From: Tubiluchus corallicola
Lineage: Eukaryota > Animalia > Priapulida
Length of the DNA stretch: 64,000 bases
Assembly (NCBI GenBank): GCA_030141605.1
Contig: JAQGDQ010000429.1
Location: 62,001 to 126,000 of the forward strand
Direction of reading: 5' to 3'
Positions 12,664-27,281 of this stretch are shown here, in pieces; position 1 is the stretch's first letter, and each line of letters begins with the position of its first letter. Under the pieces are notes generated by a model, which was not told the origin of the DNA, did no database searches, and was given only the letters and a program-made list of their open reading frames with translations. A program made the position numbers and the translations under genes.

Positions 12664-13359
12664 GAACTACTGGAACAGTGTCAAAGCAGTGCCATTGAGC
12701 ACATTTTCGATTATTACGAATACAGTGAAGACTGGTCAATGGTAGTATTGCCTAAGGAGTGTGAACACAATGAGAGTTTGTAAAATCATGCTTATTGTCA
12801 GCGCTGATTCATACTGGTTGGTGCACATAACGGAAACGTGAATAAGAAAGCTGATCCCCTTGCTATGCATTGACTCTTTTTCAGAAGACAGTTTTTTGAG
12901 TAATATGGTGTCAAAAACAATACGGAAAAAAACTAGTGTTAGAGCTCTCAGCAGAGGTGCACATTCACCGAAAGTCAATATGGGGAACATTTATTATTGA
13001 CCATGTAACTGGTTTTGATCTCAGGTGACGGTTTCTGGGGGCTGGATGCACTAAAGTTCTTTCGAACAATTTTCTTCGTAATTGTGTGCATACGAACATT
13101 TTAGCGCCACGCATGGATTCACTTTAGAAGCCTGTCTTTGTAAAAATCGTCTTAAATTTGTTCATAACCTTGCGCCAAGATTAGAGTTCTTGTAAATAAT
13201 ATTCTGCACGTTGTGCGCAGTTTAAATGGCTATGATTGGTGCTTTTGTAGAAGAGGAAAAGCTAACAATAGAAATTTGATACACAGAGAACGTATTTTTG
13301 CAATGCATTAGAATTATTCCTTTCACATGAAAGTGAAGTACAAACTACAGTCCACACAG

Positions 13360-13550
13360 CTCTGTCTCTCTCTCTCTCTCTCTCCTTATCTGTCAATCTG
13401 TCTGTCTATGTATCTATGTGCTTATCTACTATCTTTTCTACAACTGACTGATAAATTGGCCAGTCGACCCACCGACCGACCTGCCTGCTTTTCTACCTGC
13501 CTACCTACTAACACAACTTCCTACTTACCCATGTACCTACCTATTTATTT
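13360..13550. repeat. Compound (CT)n / (TCTG/TCTA) / (CCTA) microsatellite
   Basis: ctctctctctct followed by tctgtctatg and ctacctgcctacctac units. Confidence 0.8.
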
Positions 13551-14158
13551 TTGTCTAAATATTTAGTGCGCGTACCCTAAATTCTAATAAACGGTACCCC
13601 AGGCCAAAGTTAGAATTGGCTGGCAAGAGTCAAGAAAATGTTATTCCGTACATTATTCTGTTGTAATTACGTATCAAAAGCAGTGCCAAAGTCAGCAAGC
13701 ACATGCCGTATACATGAAGATTTTAGCCGTGCCAGAATTTTAGCAGCGTAAAATGTTCGTACAAACTTCTTAAATATTTGCATATGAATATTCTGGTTTT
13801 AGTTTAGATTTTATTTCAAAGCACTTGCATCTCAAACACTTCAAATGTCACAATAAAAATAAATTCTGGTAACTCGCAAAAAAGTCACATTTCCATTATC
13901 ATATGCCCATTACGTCGACTGTAGACATTGGGCTGGCATAACTCTAAATTTTAAAATGAAAAAATCATTTTACATTTAATCACATTTTACTAAACACAAA
14001 AGCACGAGAAATCTTTTAAAAATACTGTGTCCTTGAAAACATTTGAAGATTTCACATATTACTTTTCTCGCACATTGGCCTGGACCTGCAAGACAGCAAC
14101 GTGCGTTTTAGAAGTTTTCTAATACGTAGTCTTAATTAGATTTTTCATTGGGCGCATA

Positions 14159-17100
14159 ATGGCTTTATCGTTCGGCAAAGTAGCTGCCTCACGTTTACTG
14201 GTAAGCTTTTTAATTATGATCTAAAGTGTCAGTGCACTTACCATTTACTATATTTTAGAATTTACCATCGGTTATTAGGAATGTGAATAAAAGTGGTCAG
14301 TATTACGGCTTCAATATTAAAAAATTAACAATGCATTGATTGCTTGAGAGTAGTGCTCAAGTTAAGCTATTGAATGGTGATAGTGACGTTTATTCTTTTT
14401 ATCTTTATAATATTAAAAAAATAATATATAATAATTAATTATTAATAATATGTAAAATAAAATATTAATCATTATCGTCATGCTGTTAGTCTTTGTAATT
14501 ACCGAAAATTAATCCTACATTCACAGATCCGATATTTCTGATGCAATGCGCAATGTGAACATTTGTGCTTGGACTGCTTGCCTACTTTCGATGCCATTGA
14601 CTTCAGACACTGCTCGACCTTAACTGACATCAATTTCTGATTATAAGAATCTTGGATGATCAGTACAGCTGGCCCTGAGGATATTATACAGAATTAGAAC
14701 TTATTTGAATGTAATTAAAACATTTGCTAATGATGAGGAAGCAGATCATCGTTAGCTGAAGGCGACATTATTTTAATAAAAGATCCTGTTGTTCTTTCAA
14801 TCAATCAACTTGGTATATCAGTAGTGCAATTCTGTCCGCGAATTAACGTACGTATGTGGTATACTGGGTAGTTGGTTGCAATTAATTCCTGCCTGTCTAA
14901 AAGTATTTTTATGAGGCTGTTATAAACACCTGTTTATTTTTTTAAAATTAGGCTTGCGGTTCCAGACTTAGCTCCATTTCAAGCAAACATTTATTTTCCA
15001 CGGGTAGGTAGTTGTACTTATTTAATTATTTGTAAAAGAAGGAATTAAAATGCCCATAAATCTTAAAAATTGTTTACTGGCATTGTACACCTTGATTTTA
15101 TATGTAGTTTATCTGTAATTTTTATTATTGTATCTTTCTGTGCAGCTGATCAAGTCTGAGAGGGATGAAAACTCCCGAAAAGAAAAAAGAATTTTTGTGA
15201 TTTATGGGCATTTTGACTTCTTGTATGACCATGGCAAGTCTCAGAAGAGCACTATCTTATTTTCAAGCTTTATTTAATTATTTATTAACTTTGCTAATTA
15301 AAGGGCTAATTAGTAATTAACGGAGATCAGACTTCTGGTGAATAAAGGATAATTATCATTAAAACAAAGTTAAAAATTTAACAGTCAATAAAAAACAATA
15401 TTCATTTAGAATGTATGAGCAAAACACTACAAAAAAGTTGAATAATTAGATTTTGCACACTATTTGAGGTAATAATCATCGTGCTTGATGAGTCTGTCTA
15501 TGTTTATCAATCACATTTTCTTTGCTATATTTTTCAGGTTCACGTTGTTGCGCCGTTAAAGTCCAACATCCAGCTCCAGACTTTAAAGGCAAAGCTGTGG
15601 TCGAGGGTCAGTTCAAAGAAATTGAATTGTCCAGCTACAAAGGAAAATATGTTGTCTTGTTTTTCTACCCGCTTGATTTGTATGTACCATTTACAAACAA
15701 TTAATTAATTTAGAAATAATGTAAAATTATTGTTGCATTTATGATCCTTCAGTTTTGATGATTCGGTGGACTGATGGAGAGTTTAAACTTAATTTGAATA
15801 CTTAACTTGATAGCTGATTGCTAACATTAGTATGAAGCTGCAAAAAATTGATCCTGAATCTACGTGTATCAATAAAGTTTGTTGGTAGTTGCACTATGCG
15901 CACAAAGCGTTATTCCGTATGCTCTACCTGTTTTTACAAGGCCACCATAAAGCAATTTCTTACAGACAGAAAATCTTAAAATTAAGAAAGGGGAATATAA
16001 CATGGTGATTCAAACTACCGATATAGAGTTTATCATCAGGTGATCATTGGAAAAAACAGAAGGAAAGTAAGTAAAAAGCACAAAAAAGAATAAAGGAATA
16101 AAGAAAAACAATAATATAAGTCTCTTTCAAGTGTGTCATCTTCGTGTGTTAACAATGTGAAAAAACTCCCCAAAAATTTATATGAGTAAAATTTTCAATA
16201 GGGTCTTTTTTCATTTTTGATCTGAAGAAAAACTGCAGTAGTAGTTTGAAATGTCCTGTTTTTCCTTGTTTGTTTCCACTATTCTTTCAGCAAAAATCTT
16301 AAATAAAAACAGTTTGTTTTCCCGAGCTTTTAGTAACTCGTAATCTGTAAATTTTAGTCACCTGACTTAATTTGATTTTAATTTGTATAGCCTAACATTT
16401 TTCTGCTAGCTCTGTAGTCTTATGCTACTTTTTAACTGATCTAGCCATCTAGGACATCGGGCTAATAAATTATTATTGTTAATAATTATTATTGTAATTC
16501 TCTAATACAAATAATACAATTTTTCTTAATAATATCAAAACGTTTTTGTTATAAATATCAGACTTAGTTTTTTTAAGAAATGCAGCCTGTCTGTAGAGTA
16601 TGATATTATATATATTGTTGTAAGGCTTTTACTTGTAGTAAGTGTTTACAGTGTAGGGATTGGCCTGGCTATGTTGACCTTTGCTCATTGCTCTTTGGTA
16701 CTAATATGTGAGAATCTTACGTTACCGCAGGCTTATCGATCGCTGTGGTTTAATAGGTTCTTTTCACGTGATGCAAAGAAATGCTTTATTAGAAATATTA
16801 GTAAACTTTTACACATAAATTACATGTACTATAATATCGTCCTGCAATGTCCAGAGTTTAATTAATATTTTTTTAGAAAATATACCTGATAATAGTAATA
16901 AATTTATTTATCATTATTACAACCAAAAGTTTATATAATTATATAAACATAAAATTACAAAATATAAAATTTTTTTAAAAGAATCAACAAGGTAGAACAT
17001 ACGGTGACAAGCACTATTATGCTGTTACAAGATACATGAACAAAGTAAATTAAAATGAGTCCAAACTTATTTTTAATGTAAATACCTCCCACTCATGCAT

Positions 17101-20100
17101 TTTACATGCCTTTTTGTACCCTATGAAGTATCTCTGAACTTATTACAGTAGTTGTACTAATGTAAAGTTAAATAAAGTAAAAAATCAGCAAAAATTAGTT
17201 TTGCATTACATTTTTCTTCAAGTCAAAGTAAACAGAGCTTGATACTTCGTGAGAATGTTAATAAACAGGACTAAGAACAATTGTACTGAAGGTTTTCATT
17301 TATTTTTATACTTACAGAGCTTCATATATTGCCACAGTAATAATCAAATATATTTTATTTTTTCCAGCACATTTGTGTGTCCTACAGAGATAATAGCATT
17401 CAGCGACAGAGCAGAAGAATTTCGTAAAATAAATTGCGAAGTGATTGCTTGCTCAACTGACTCACACTTCAGCCACTTGGCCTGGACAAACACGCCACGA
17501 AAGGTAGTTCGTCATGTAAATCTAATGATAGAACAAACACATTAAAAATTATTGAATTTTTTAAAACAAACCTTAGTCAAAAGGTCAGAAAAAGTCACGG
17601 TACAGCTTGCATGTGAACCAGATATCTCCTGTTTATGAGGCTGAAATCAGTAACCATTTGGATGTCAATTGACTCGCCAATTATAAGGAATCAGCTAAGG
17701 CTCACTCAGTTGGTCACAGTGGTCTAGCGGTTATAACATCCATCTCAGAAGCAGAAGATCTGTGATTCAGATCCAGGTTGAGTTCCAACTTTTTCACATT
17801 TTTAATCTTTCTTATGAGTTTCATTTCTACTTCTACTGGTTTGTTCCACCATTAATAATAATCTTTAAAACTAGGACTATAAAAATAATGTAAATTTAGA
17901 ATGTGTTAACCTATACAGCAGAAGTTTATTATAAGAGTCTACTTTGGCTCTAAAGCACTTGTTGCCATGGAATTCAATATTCACCACTTATGGCATCAGT
18001 GTCATCGATGCTTTTAGTTCTACTTTATGAATTTCGGTAAAGATTGTTAAAGGTGCTAACAGTAATTCCCATGAGCTTTTCTGACTTCATTCATGATAAT
18101 CTGTATTTCACAAAATGGTCAATAGCCAGAGCAAAATTTCCATACAATATACACGAATGAATAGACAAATAAAGAAGCCATTTTACTATAATGAATCTTA
18201 TAGGATGGTGGGCTTGGCAAGATGAACATCCCATTACTTGCTGACTTTACTAAAAAAATTGCCCGAGATTACGACGTGTTAGTTGAAGATGCTGGAGTAG
18301 CACTCAGGTACTGCATTAAAGTTTGGTTTTTTTGCATCACGTCATAAACAGGTTTAAGTTGAATTGATATAATGTTTTTTGCAACTGCTCAACCAGTTCA
18401 ATCTGCACGATGCCATAAACAGGAGGGTAGTTTTTTGCATTTATTGTGATAAAATTAGTCCCTAAGCTCAACAATAACACTGAAGTACCTATGTGTTTTT
18501 GTAGGCATTTATTTATTATTTTCTTTTAAAATTTTTATAATAATTTATATTATTATACTAATAATATATATATATATGCATGCCATATAACAATTGTTGT
18601 TATTAAATAACTTTTACTTTTTTAGGGGTTTATTTATTATCGATCCACAAGGTGTTGTCAAGCAGATGACTGTTAATGACCTGCCTGTTGGGCGTTCAGT
18701 GGACGAGACATTGAGACTTGTGCAAGCTTTTCAGTTTGTTGAAAAACATGGTGAAGGTAGGAATGTTATGGTAGCTCTTCACAGATAGTTGTTTTTAAGA
18801 TAGATAGGCATGATATTTGAATATATACTTTTGAATATTGCAAATACAGCATATTCTCCTAATTGTCAGTAACCATCTATACTTTATAAAGTATGATTTT
18901 AATGGTTAAAGGAAAACCGGATGATTGTGTAAACACGAGTTTAGAATAAAGAATGCTCTAAAATATTGAAAACTACAATAGCTTATTTTAAATCAAAGCT
19001 TAGATTAAATAATAATTACCTCGGATACTCAAATTTCATTAAACTTTCAAAGCTACGCGAGGCTCAGTGAATCTACTAAGACTGGCGGCGGCGCCTTTTT
19101 GTCACGTGCGCATGGCTGACAAATAGAAGGTGGTACCATGATAACCATGATCATGAACTGCTGTGTTTGTTTCATGACGTCATATAATGTAAAGCCCATT
19201 TTCATGACATCATGCTTTTAAGCAGTACTGTAACACCTATGCAAATGTGCTTGATGCGCAAGGGAAGACGCCTGCCATTGCACAAACTGTGGCTAGTTTC
19301 TGACATAAGCAATAGCTGTGTTTGGTTGCCGTTAATTAACTTTCTAAGCTAATTATTCAAATATAAGGAACAATTGTTAACTTTTATAGGCAAGAAAATG
19401 TATATTTTGGACAGTAAATTAAAATGAGATTGAGTCTAAACAATCGTTCGGTCTTTAAACATGAAGCAATGCCCTAGCTTGAAACACGTGAGCTTAATAT
19501 CTTTTTAAAATAACTTTATTTTTTAATATGAGAGTAAATCATGATTACAGTGATAACAAAACATTGATGATAACTTAAGTTATAGGCTAGAATGAAATCG
19601 AGTCTTAATCTGCGTAAGTTTTCCTCATTGACGGACTGGACTTGCATCAATTCAAATGCATCATAGGTCTTCTGCACATGATATACATTCACAGATTCAA
19701 TATATATATAAATTAAACAACATAAAGTAAAAATATCACATATATAAACTCTAAATATAAAATAAAACCATATTTTCTTTATTTCTTATGATTTTTGCCA
19801 ATTATTTGGAATATTTTCTACAAAAATTTCAAAGCTTTCAAAGAAAATTTGCTTGATTATTGATTACAATTTTTCACTTGTGTACAAGGTGTCAGGTTTG
19901 ATTCCTGAAGCATCTATGTGCAGTGCCGCAGGCCACCTTTCATAGGTGTTCATTTCAAATGGGTTTTATTATAATCATTTCCAGCATTCCAAAATGATCT
20001 AGACATGTTTTCGTGCTAAAATCAAGTGTTACCATCCTGAAAATGTTTCCTTTTTTTAATAATTGGTTATAATTTGTTAATAATTTTTATTGTACTAATG

Positions 20101-20344
20101 CTTGGTTCTATGAAGACTAGTGCAAGTATTGAAAACTTCAAATTTGACAGCACCTTAGTTAAACAAGATGGCCGACACTGTCTTTTTATGGTAACTTGAT
20201 GTCAAGTATATTAACTTTCTCAACCTAAATGTTGCTAAATTAATTTCGTTTTTAATAGTTTGTCCAGCAAACTGGAAGCCTGAATCACCAACTATCAAGC
20301 CTAATCCTCAAGATTCTAAGGAATACTTCAACAAAGTGAACTAA
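14159..20344 (+). CDS. PRDX3: Mitochondrial typical 2-Cys peroxiredoxin (thioredoxin-dependent peroxide reductase), 7 exons, 230 aa
   Basis: Exons 14159-14200, 14952-15003, 15538-15679, 17368-17503, 18204-18307, 18626-18756, 20259-20344 (693 nt). Motifs [40 protein letters not shown] and YF. N-terminus is Arg/Ser-rich with no acidic residues ([36 protein letters not shown]), typical of a mitochondrial presequence. AATAAA at 20751. Confidence 0.95.
17560..17830. mobile_element. Fold-back element made of two divergent tRNA-derived (SINE-like) arms
   Basis: Plus arm has an A-box (agtggtctagcgg, about 17718) and a degenerate B-box (gattcagatcc, about 17764). Minus arm shows the B-box complement tgtgaacc (about 17612). 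Same layout as 54455-54760. Confidence 0.5.
18910..19453. mobile_element. Possible TTAA-flanked (Kolobok-like) non-autonomous element
   Basis: ttaa|aggaaaaccgga ... gttcggtct|ttaa; the left end resembles the termini of the elements at 38307 and 53875. Confidence 0.4.
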
Positions 20345-23300
20345 TCGTGGCCATGGACCAAGATACTCAGCAGAAATATTTTGCGCCATTTTCAGAACTC
20401 ACAGGAACTAATACTTTCTATTGTGCTTATCAATGCCATACAATTGGTTTGTTTTAGCACAAAGCATTAAGAAGACCGATATAAGATCGATAAAATAAGA
20501 CCTTAGTACTAGAGCCCTACTAAGAACACTGTCGAAGCTACTGTAATTATGTTATTTCTTATCTAATACGGGTCGTTGTTAGTATATTTCACTCATTTAC
20601 TACTGTTTATTTACTGTTAGTGTAAGATTTCCCAAAAAATATTTTTAAATTTTTATTTGTGGACCGCATTTTCCATGATTACTGTGTTGTGCCGATTTTC
20701 TGTAATTGTGTCAAAAATTATTCATTGAATGACGCGTTATTATCATTATGAATAAAAGTTTGTTAGCATAGATCATTCGTTTAATTACTTACGATGTTTG
20801 TATTGTTTTGCAGCAGTAAACATCTCTGTTATTTCGTTTCATTTTGCTCATCCAAACAATGTCTCACTCTCAGGGAGGACTATACTACTACGACTTTAGC
20901 TTTAAACTTTATATTAACGCTAGAGCGCTTGTTCTGCAACAAAAAGCTCTAGATTTCTCAACAACAAGTATTACTGTGGGAGCTGAGAGAGGTTTTATAC
21001 GACATCTTGCGTACAAATAGTTTGAGTGCTAGAATACATTAATGGTCTGTTGGAATTTGAGCCGTTTTTAGAGAGCGCCGCCAAAAGTACCCCCATTTCA
21101 ATTTGAACACATTTTGAGCAAATCAGTCAAACTTTGATCATGCTTACTGAAAGGATAAACCTAATTACATCTGATGTTACAAAAACACTTTGTGTTTAGT
21201 GAACAATATTCATCTCACTAGTAATACATTTATTCACTAGTGGTACATGAATTAAAATAATTTTACTTACGCTAATAAGAAAGCACTGAAGCCTAATGCA
21301 CTGCATAGATTTTGACATGCTTGTTGTACACTTTCTGTTGGTCCTCACTCCGTGCACTGTAATGAGATATTTCATTCCCACCATAGGCACCATGCCCACT
21401 GCAGCACAACTGTAATGCTGTATAACAAACTTATATCTGCTCTTTGAGTTATTTATCCTTGGCTGTAATATGTTTATGAATGATGTCGTTATCAGATCCC
21501 ACTTATCAGATCGTCAAAGTGACAAAATACCTACGGATTATGCAGTTTGCCATTTGCTAGACCTGTGAGCATAGCGGTGACTGTACCAATTTCCACTTCC
21601 ATCTGCATATTGTGGAGGCTAACCTCTGTGTGACCTTCTTCACTCAAACCTCACTTGATGTCTTCCAGAATAAAGCCTGTTGCCCACCCCTGCTGTACTT
21701 CATCACTAAAATTTTGTTTTCTTCTGCACATTTTGGATCTTGACCTTACGGTGACCTTTGATCCCGATGACCTAACCTTTTGCCTTTGATCTCGCTTATA
21801 ACTGCGGTCATCTCATTATCCTGGTACATATGTGACGTAATTTGGTCACATTTTTCGCAGAAATTACCTTCTTCATACAACATTCGGTCCAATTTAACCT
21901 TGTAGTAAAAAAACTGCTTTAATTTTGCCCATAAACAAAACACTTAAAAATGACCTTAGCTTTGACCTACTAACCAAGGATCATTATTTCCCTGTCAAAA
22001 TATGCTTTCTTATAAGACAAATAACAATGCCAAATTTTGTTTAAATTGAAATGACAGTTCTGAACTTATGGCCACCACTGCTGACAACTGCATTAAATTT
22101 GCATATTCCAGCCTCTGAGATCACATTGCAATAATCACTATTTAAATCATTCGCAAAAACAAATATCAGCTAAACACTGAATTATACGCAACTATATGTA
22201 TTGTATATCAAAACCAGAACAAATCTGCATTGAGTTACTAGTCTTATTAAAACCATTTACAATAAATTACAATATTCAGAGGATTTGCCATGCAGTTTTG
22301 TAAAAACAAAATTATCGCTTTTTATTTTGAAAGAAAGAACGAGCTAGTATCGCCTTACACCACAAAAAAGCAACACATACAAAAATCATAGATATAAAAT
22401 TAAAAAAGCGACTGCTCAAATTTCAATCCAATTTCTTAAAGTTGAGCAACTCTTATTTTTGATACTGGAATAACAGATGTATGTCACTAATAATTCAAGT
22501 AATCAGTATGGCATATAACAGTATATGATTGGTAAAATATCATTTAAAGTAATATCACTGAAAATTCACTTGAGAGGCATTTTACTAGTGTCATTTCAGG
22601 TTTTAAGAGACGGTCCTATATTCAGAGCAAAAACGGTGCAGTTAAATCAGTTATACATACAATAGTGTACTATCTATGATCAGCAAATTATTGTAAGCTG
22701 TCTTATTATAACATTGCAAATTCACATTTCCAAATCTTTCCTAGTTCCAGCGGTGTGATCCATTATACTATCTGTTAAATAAATATGTGTTACTGTTATA
22801 TACATACACTTTGCTACCCAACTTGCTTGTCAATGATAAGCTTGCCAATGAAGGGATTGTTCTGTATGAAACGTCTCAATAATGATCCCTCTTTAGACAG
22901 ATTAATAAAATTTAATATTGTGTTACGTAATTATGATTGCTAACACTACCAAACTGAAATAAATCCTCAACAAACACAAAATTCTAGGAAGATAAGATAA
23001 GTTATGAAAACATTCCGCATTTAAAACGTGGATAAACATTCTTATCAATGCACATTTGAGCACTTCAAGCTGTGTGGGTTAAAGCTGTAAAAATTGCTAA
23101 TGTGTGAAATACATCTCTTGTTTCTACCGAGCCAAATACCATCAACTGACACAAATAAGGAATAACAATCACGTTAGTTCAAATGCACCACAACATTTAT
23201 ACTGGCCAGAAAAAAGGTTAGCTGCTTTTCTACATGGTACGCTAGCAGAATTATGATTCCACCTAAGTAAAGGTGTATTAGAATTGTATAAATTCAGTGG

Positions 23301-24745
23301 CTGTGCTGAAACACATATATGATATAGCTGGTAATTAAATTTAGGCCACTTTGAGTCGATGCCTTAATTTTTGAAAGTGTAAAGGAAAAACATTTCTTTT
23401 CGCTTTCATTTTATCTGCACGTAGTTTTAGTCAGGACTCTGATGAAGTCACTTTGTGGTCTGTCCTACATAAAAACTGTCACGTTTATAGATAGATACAA
23501 ATAAATAGGTACAAACGCTTGATAATACGATTTTCAGGCACTTTTCCAAGAAATGACAAGCAGTCGAGATTTTTTGTTCTATTTGGACAAAGAGTATAGC
23601 AGTACTGCAGAGAAAATAATTTTTCACAAACACAGTATATTTTATACAGAGAGGTTTCAGAAAAACACATATAGTAATAACAAATGAGACAGAGCCAGAG
23701 TTATCTTCAAGGAAGGGTACAAGCAGTTACAATAAGCACTGCTTATAAATAAGCAACAACAGTTTATTATTGTTAATAAATGATTGTTAATAAACTGAGT
23801 TGTGAAACATTATCTGAGAACTTGCCAATTTAACTAATTTTTCCTGGCCATAACTAGTAACATTAACATTTCTATGGCCAACATTTTAACTAGTTGCTAG
23901 TAGCCATAACAAGCTGACAGATGTATTTTAGTTTGATTTGTTTTCCACATAAACTGCATTTCCAAATAAATTATTTACTTTTTCTAAAAATGACACAAAT
24001 GCATTTATCAGTTTTTCTACCTGATGTAAATGCAAGAAAAGTAAATGCAAAGGTGGCTAAATTAATAAAAAATTAATTGCCAATTCTCAATAATGCAGTC
24101 CTTTAAATTACTTAGGATAACTGTAAACTAACAACAGAGTTTAGTTAAACAAACTATGTTTACCAAACATCCAGAATGTGTTATTCACTACTGTGTTGCA
24201 AATCGCATATAAACAATCCGACAGGAATAGCTGCAGAAAAAATGATGCTATAACGCAGGTCTGCTAAACGGGTTCATTGAAAACAACATAAAGTGATTTT
24301 TATGCAATAACACAATGCATTCTGCATATCTGGTAAATGCAACTTAAGTATGTAAAAAAACTGTTTAGCTCTACTGCTAAAAAACTCTGTAAACTGGGCT
24401 CAGCCCAAGTTTTTTCGAATATTATTATTTTTTGTCAAGTATGGTTTCGAAAATTCAGTATTTCTAGGTATAATTTCTTTATTTTTAAATAAATATAGAA
24501 ATTATATTTATTCTATAACAAAAGCATTTTTATTTTTTTCTAAACTTGTAACCTATTTAAAAAGATTTTTACTTGTCAGAGCTAACAGATTTGCCAAGGC
24601 TCAGCAGAAAAAAGGTGTTTGATACATATACCTAATCCCCCGTAACAAAAGCAAACTCTCACATTGCCACTTTTTCTGACAGCTTATATAAACAACAGAT
24701 CCAAACCTATTTTCATTAATTACTATAATTAAGGAGTATAAAATT

Positions 24746-27281
24746 CTAAGCAGGTGTTTCCTGTCCTTGATTCACGGCATCACTATGCTTCATGACATCA
24801 GGCAGTGCCGGAGGTGTTGACAGCGGAATGATAACCAACGGCTCAAATTCACCATCTAAATAGGATATTCAAAAATATTTGGACGAAGGCCATTATGAAC
24901 AGTATATGATAATCAACAAAAACTGATCTGACGCATATATTGATAATTGCCTGCAATAACAAATACTGTTTGAACAGGATTGTATTGAACATAAATTCAA
25001 AGCTACTCAAACAGTAAAAAGACACTCGCGAAGACAGCAAGGAAGTGCAATAAATATACAAGTATTAAATCAACAAACATTTGCACAAATGTGCATTGCT
25101 AAGAAATAAGACTATGTTGTTTTCTATAAGAAATAAACTGTAAAATGTTGTTTTCATTAAGATCTCACTATTTTGAAGCCTTATCGGATATCTGATAGTT
25201 GTTAACTGGCTGAATTAATGCGCAACTAGAAGACACAATTTTAAAAACTCACTCTACGTAGTACATAAATTAAACACAGTGCCAAAATCATAACATACAG
25301 ACATGTATAGCAGCTATAACAAATATTTAAAACTTGAAAAGAATATTGCTAACAGATACAACTGAAGCACACAATCACATGGTAAAACTTGTGGTACAAT
25401 ACACTAAACTTGCATCAGAAATCACATCGATTAATAATCAAATTATTACATATTTAAATCATGAGATATACTTTTGTTACCTTTCTTCCGACACCCCACG
25501 ACGTATATTATCACTGCTCATCATAATTAATTTACCTTGTACCTTTGGTCTTTTTAAGGAGCTAAATAAGGAATGTCTGACTATGCCCATGTAATCAAGA
25601 TTAGAAATATTCCCCTCAAAAAATTTCATGATCCTTACAACATTCAAAAGTGCATTTGCAAAAGCCTGCATACCTTCTTGCTTAAAAGATAGTCCAATCG
25701 AGGCGGGATCTTGTGCCTTTGCCGTTGCTGATGTAAATCCATATTCAGAAAGTGGCTTATTGTCATCCATAGGTTGATCATCTACATAATAAAAGCAAAT
25801 TTAGTTTTCAGTTTTCTTGTTTCAATCTGTAGTAGTACAAGTTTCTACTCTAGCTTCACTACTTCTAGGTTCGTCGACGAAATAATACCAAAACAGTAAA
25901 TAATCACAGTATCAACAGGTGAACTAAACTTGCCTACAAAGAATGCATATGTGTTACAGATCTACGCTGAAACAATCAAATATATTGAAACCATAGGATG
26001 GCAACAATGGCAAAAAATGGCTTCCAAGGTAAACACAGGTTTGGTAGTTTTTTTTTGAGTTCCACGATGACACATTGTACATAATATTGACAAATTTTCA
26101 AGGTACTGATGTTAAAAAATGCTTTAGACAGATGGCATGCCCATATTTCTTTACAGTAGCAAAAATTCATTAAGTTTTATGTTTTTTTATTATTTTAAAA
26201 ACGTAGCTACAGCATATCTTAGTTTCCCATAAGTATAACTTAAGCAATATACGTGTTACGGATTATGTTATTTAAAGTTTTAAGGCCGCGATTATTTTAA
26301 ATCCTTAGATATATATATATGCAGTAAACAACCACTGATTATGCTAAACAAGCTATGCATAATGTATATTAAAGTCAAGTCTTTTATGATTTCATCTCAA
26401 ATCCACCACTTAACAATTCAAACTCCAGTCTAATATCCAATCACTCCTGTCCAAATTTGTCATGCAGCTATGAGAATCACTATTCAAATCAGTAGTTTAT
26501 AATCCAAGTCAAATTACAAACACAACACTCATTCCAAGTAAGGGTCAAAATTCGAATCCTTTACAAAGGTTCAAGTCACTGGAGTAGGGATGGACTGAAG
26601 GCGAATTTTCATAAGCCGAACCAAAACCAATTTTTTTATGTTTGGGTCCCTCGAAGCCGTAACTCAACATGTGGTCACATGTGGTACTGAACCAAATTCC
26701 GAATAAAATATCAAGGTAAATTGGAATACCAGACAGAAGCACAGCCGAATTTTTTACAGAAACTGAACCAAATTTTCTTGTAATTCCAGCTCAAAGGAAT
26801 TATAAACCTTGTAATATTTAAATTGTTTTAAGTTAGTGGTAATTGGCGAGCTGTGGAAAATTGTTCTGATTGCTAAATTGATGTTTTTATTCCATGGTTA
26901 TGTAGGAAAATATGAAGTATTTTATAAGTAGTCCTGACTACTTCAAAAGCTGCTGAAAACTATTCTATGCAAACAAAATTGTAACCTAAATCAGTGCTAC
27001 AACAATGCTGTAAGGTATGTTTTACCAACCTTTCCATAATCTCTGATTATCAGGTGGCACTTTCATTATCCCCTCTACAATTTTCTTCACCTCCAGAACA
27101 GTTGAACTTTCTTTTGCCTCAGCAAAGATTGTGGCCTTCCGTCGTTTTATCATTAGAAACACATCCTGCAAAATATGTCCAGAAACTAAATACATACAAA
27201 CTAAATAAACTAAATTGAAACCTAACTGTAGTACAAAATTTTAATGTCCTTTAAAACCAACTGTTTATAAGTTCTTACCAT
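24746..27281 (-). CDS. ELOB: Elongin B (ubiquitin-like subunit of Elongin and of Cul2/Cul5 E3 ligases), 4 exons, 118 aa
   Basis: Exons 27281-27279 (ATG only), 27165-27030, 25781-25674, 24855-24746 (357 nt). Translation: [118 protein letters not shown]. Confidence 0.96.

Noticed and set aside
17710-17790. Functional tRNA gene (also considered at 54633-54705)
   Set aside because: A and B boxes are degenerate and the cloverleaf stems do not pair; treated as tRNA-derived repeats.
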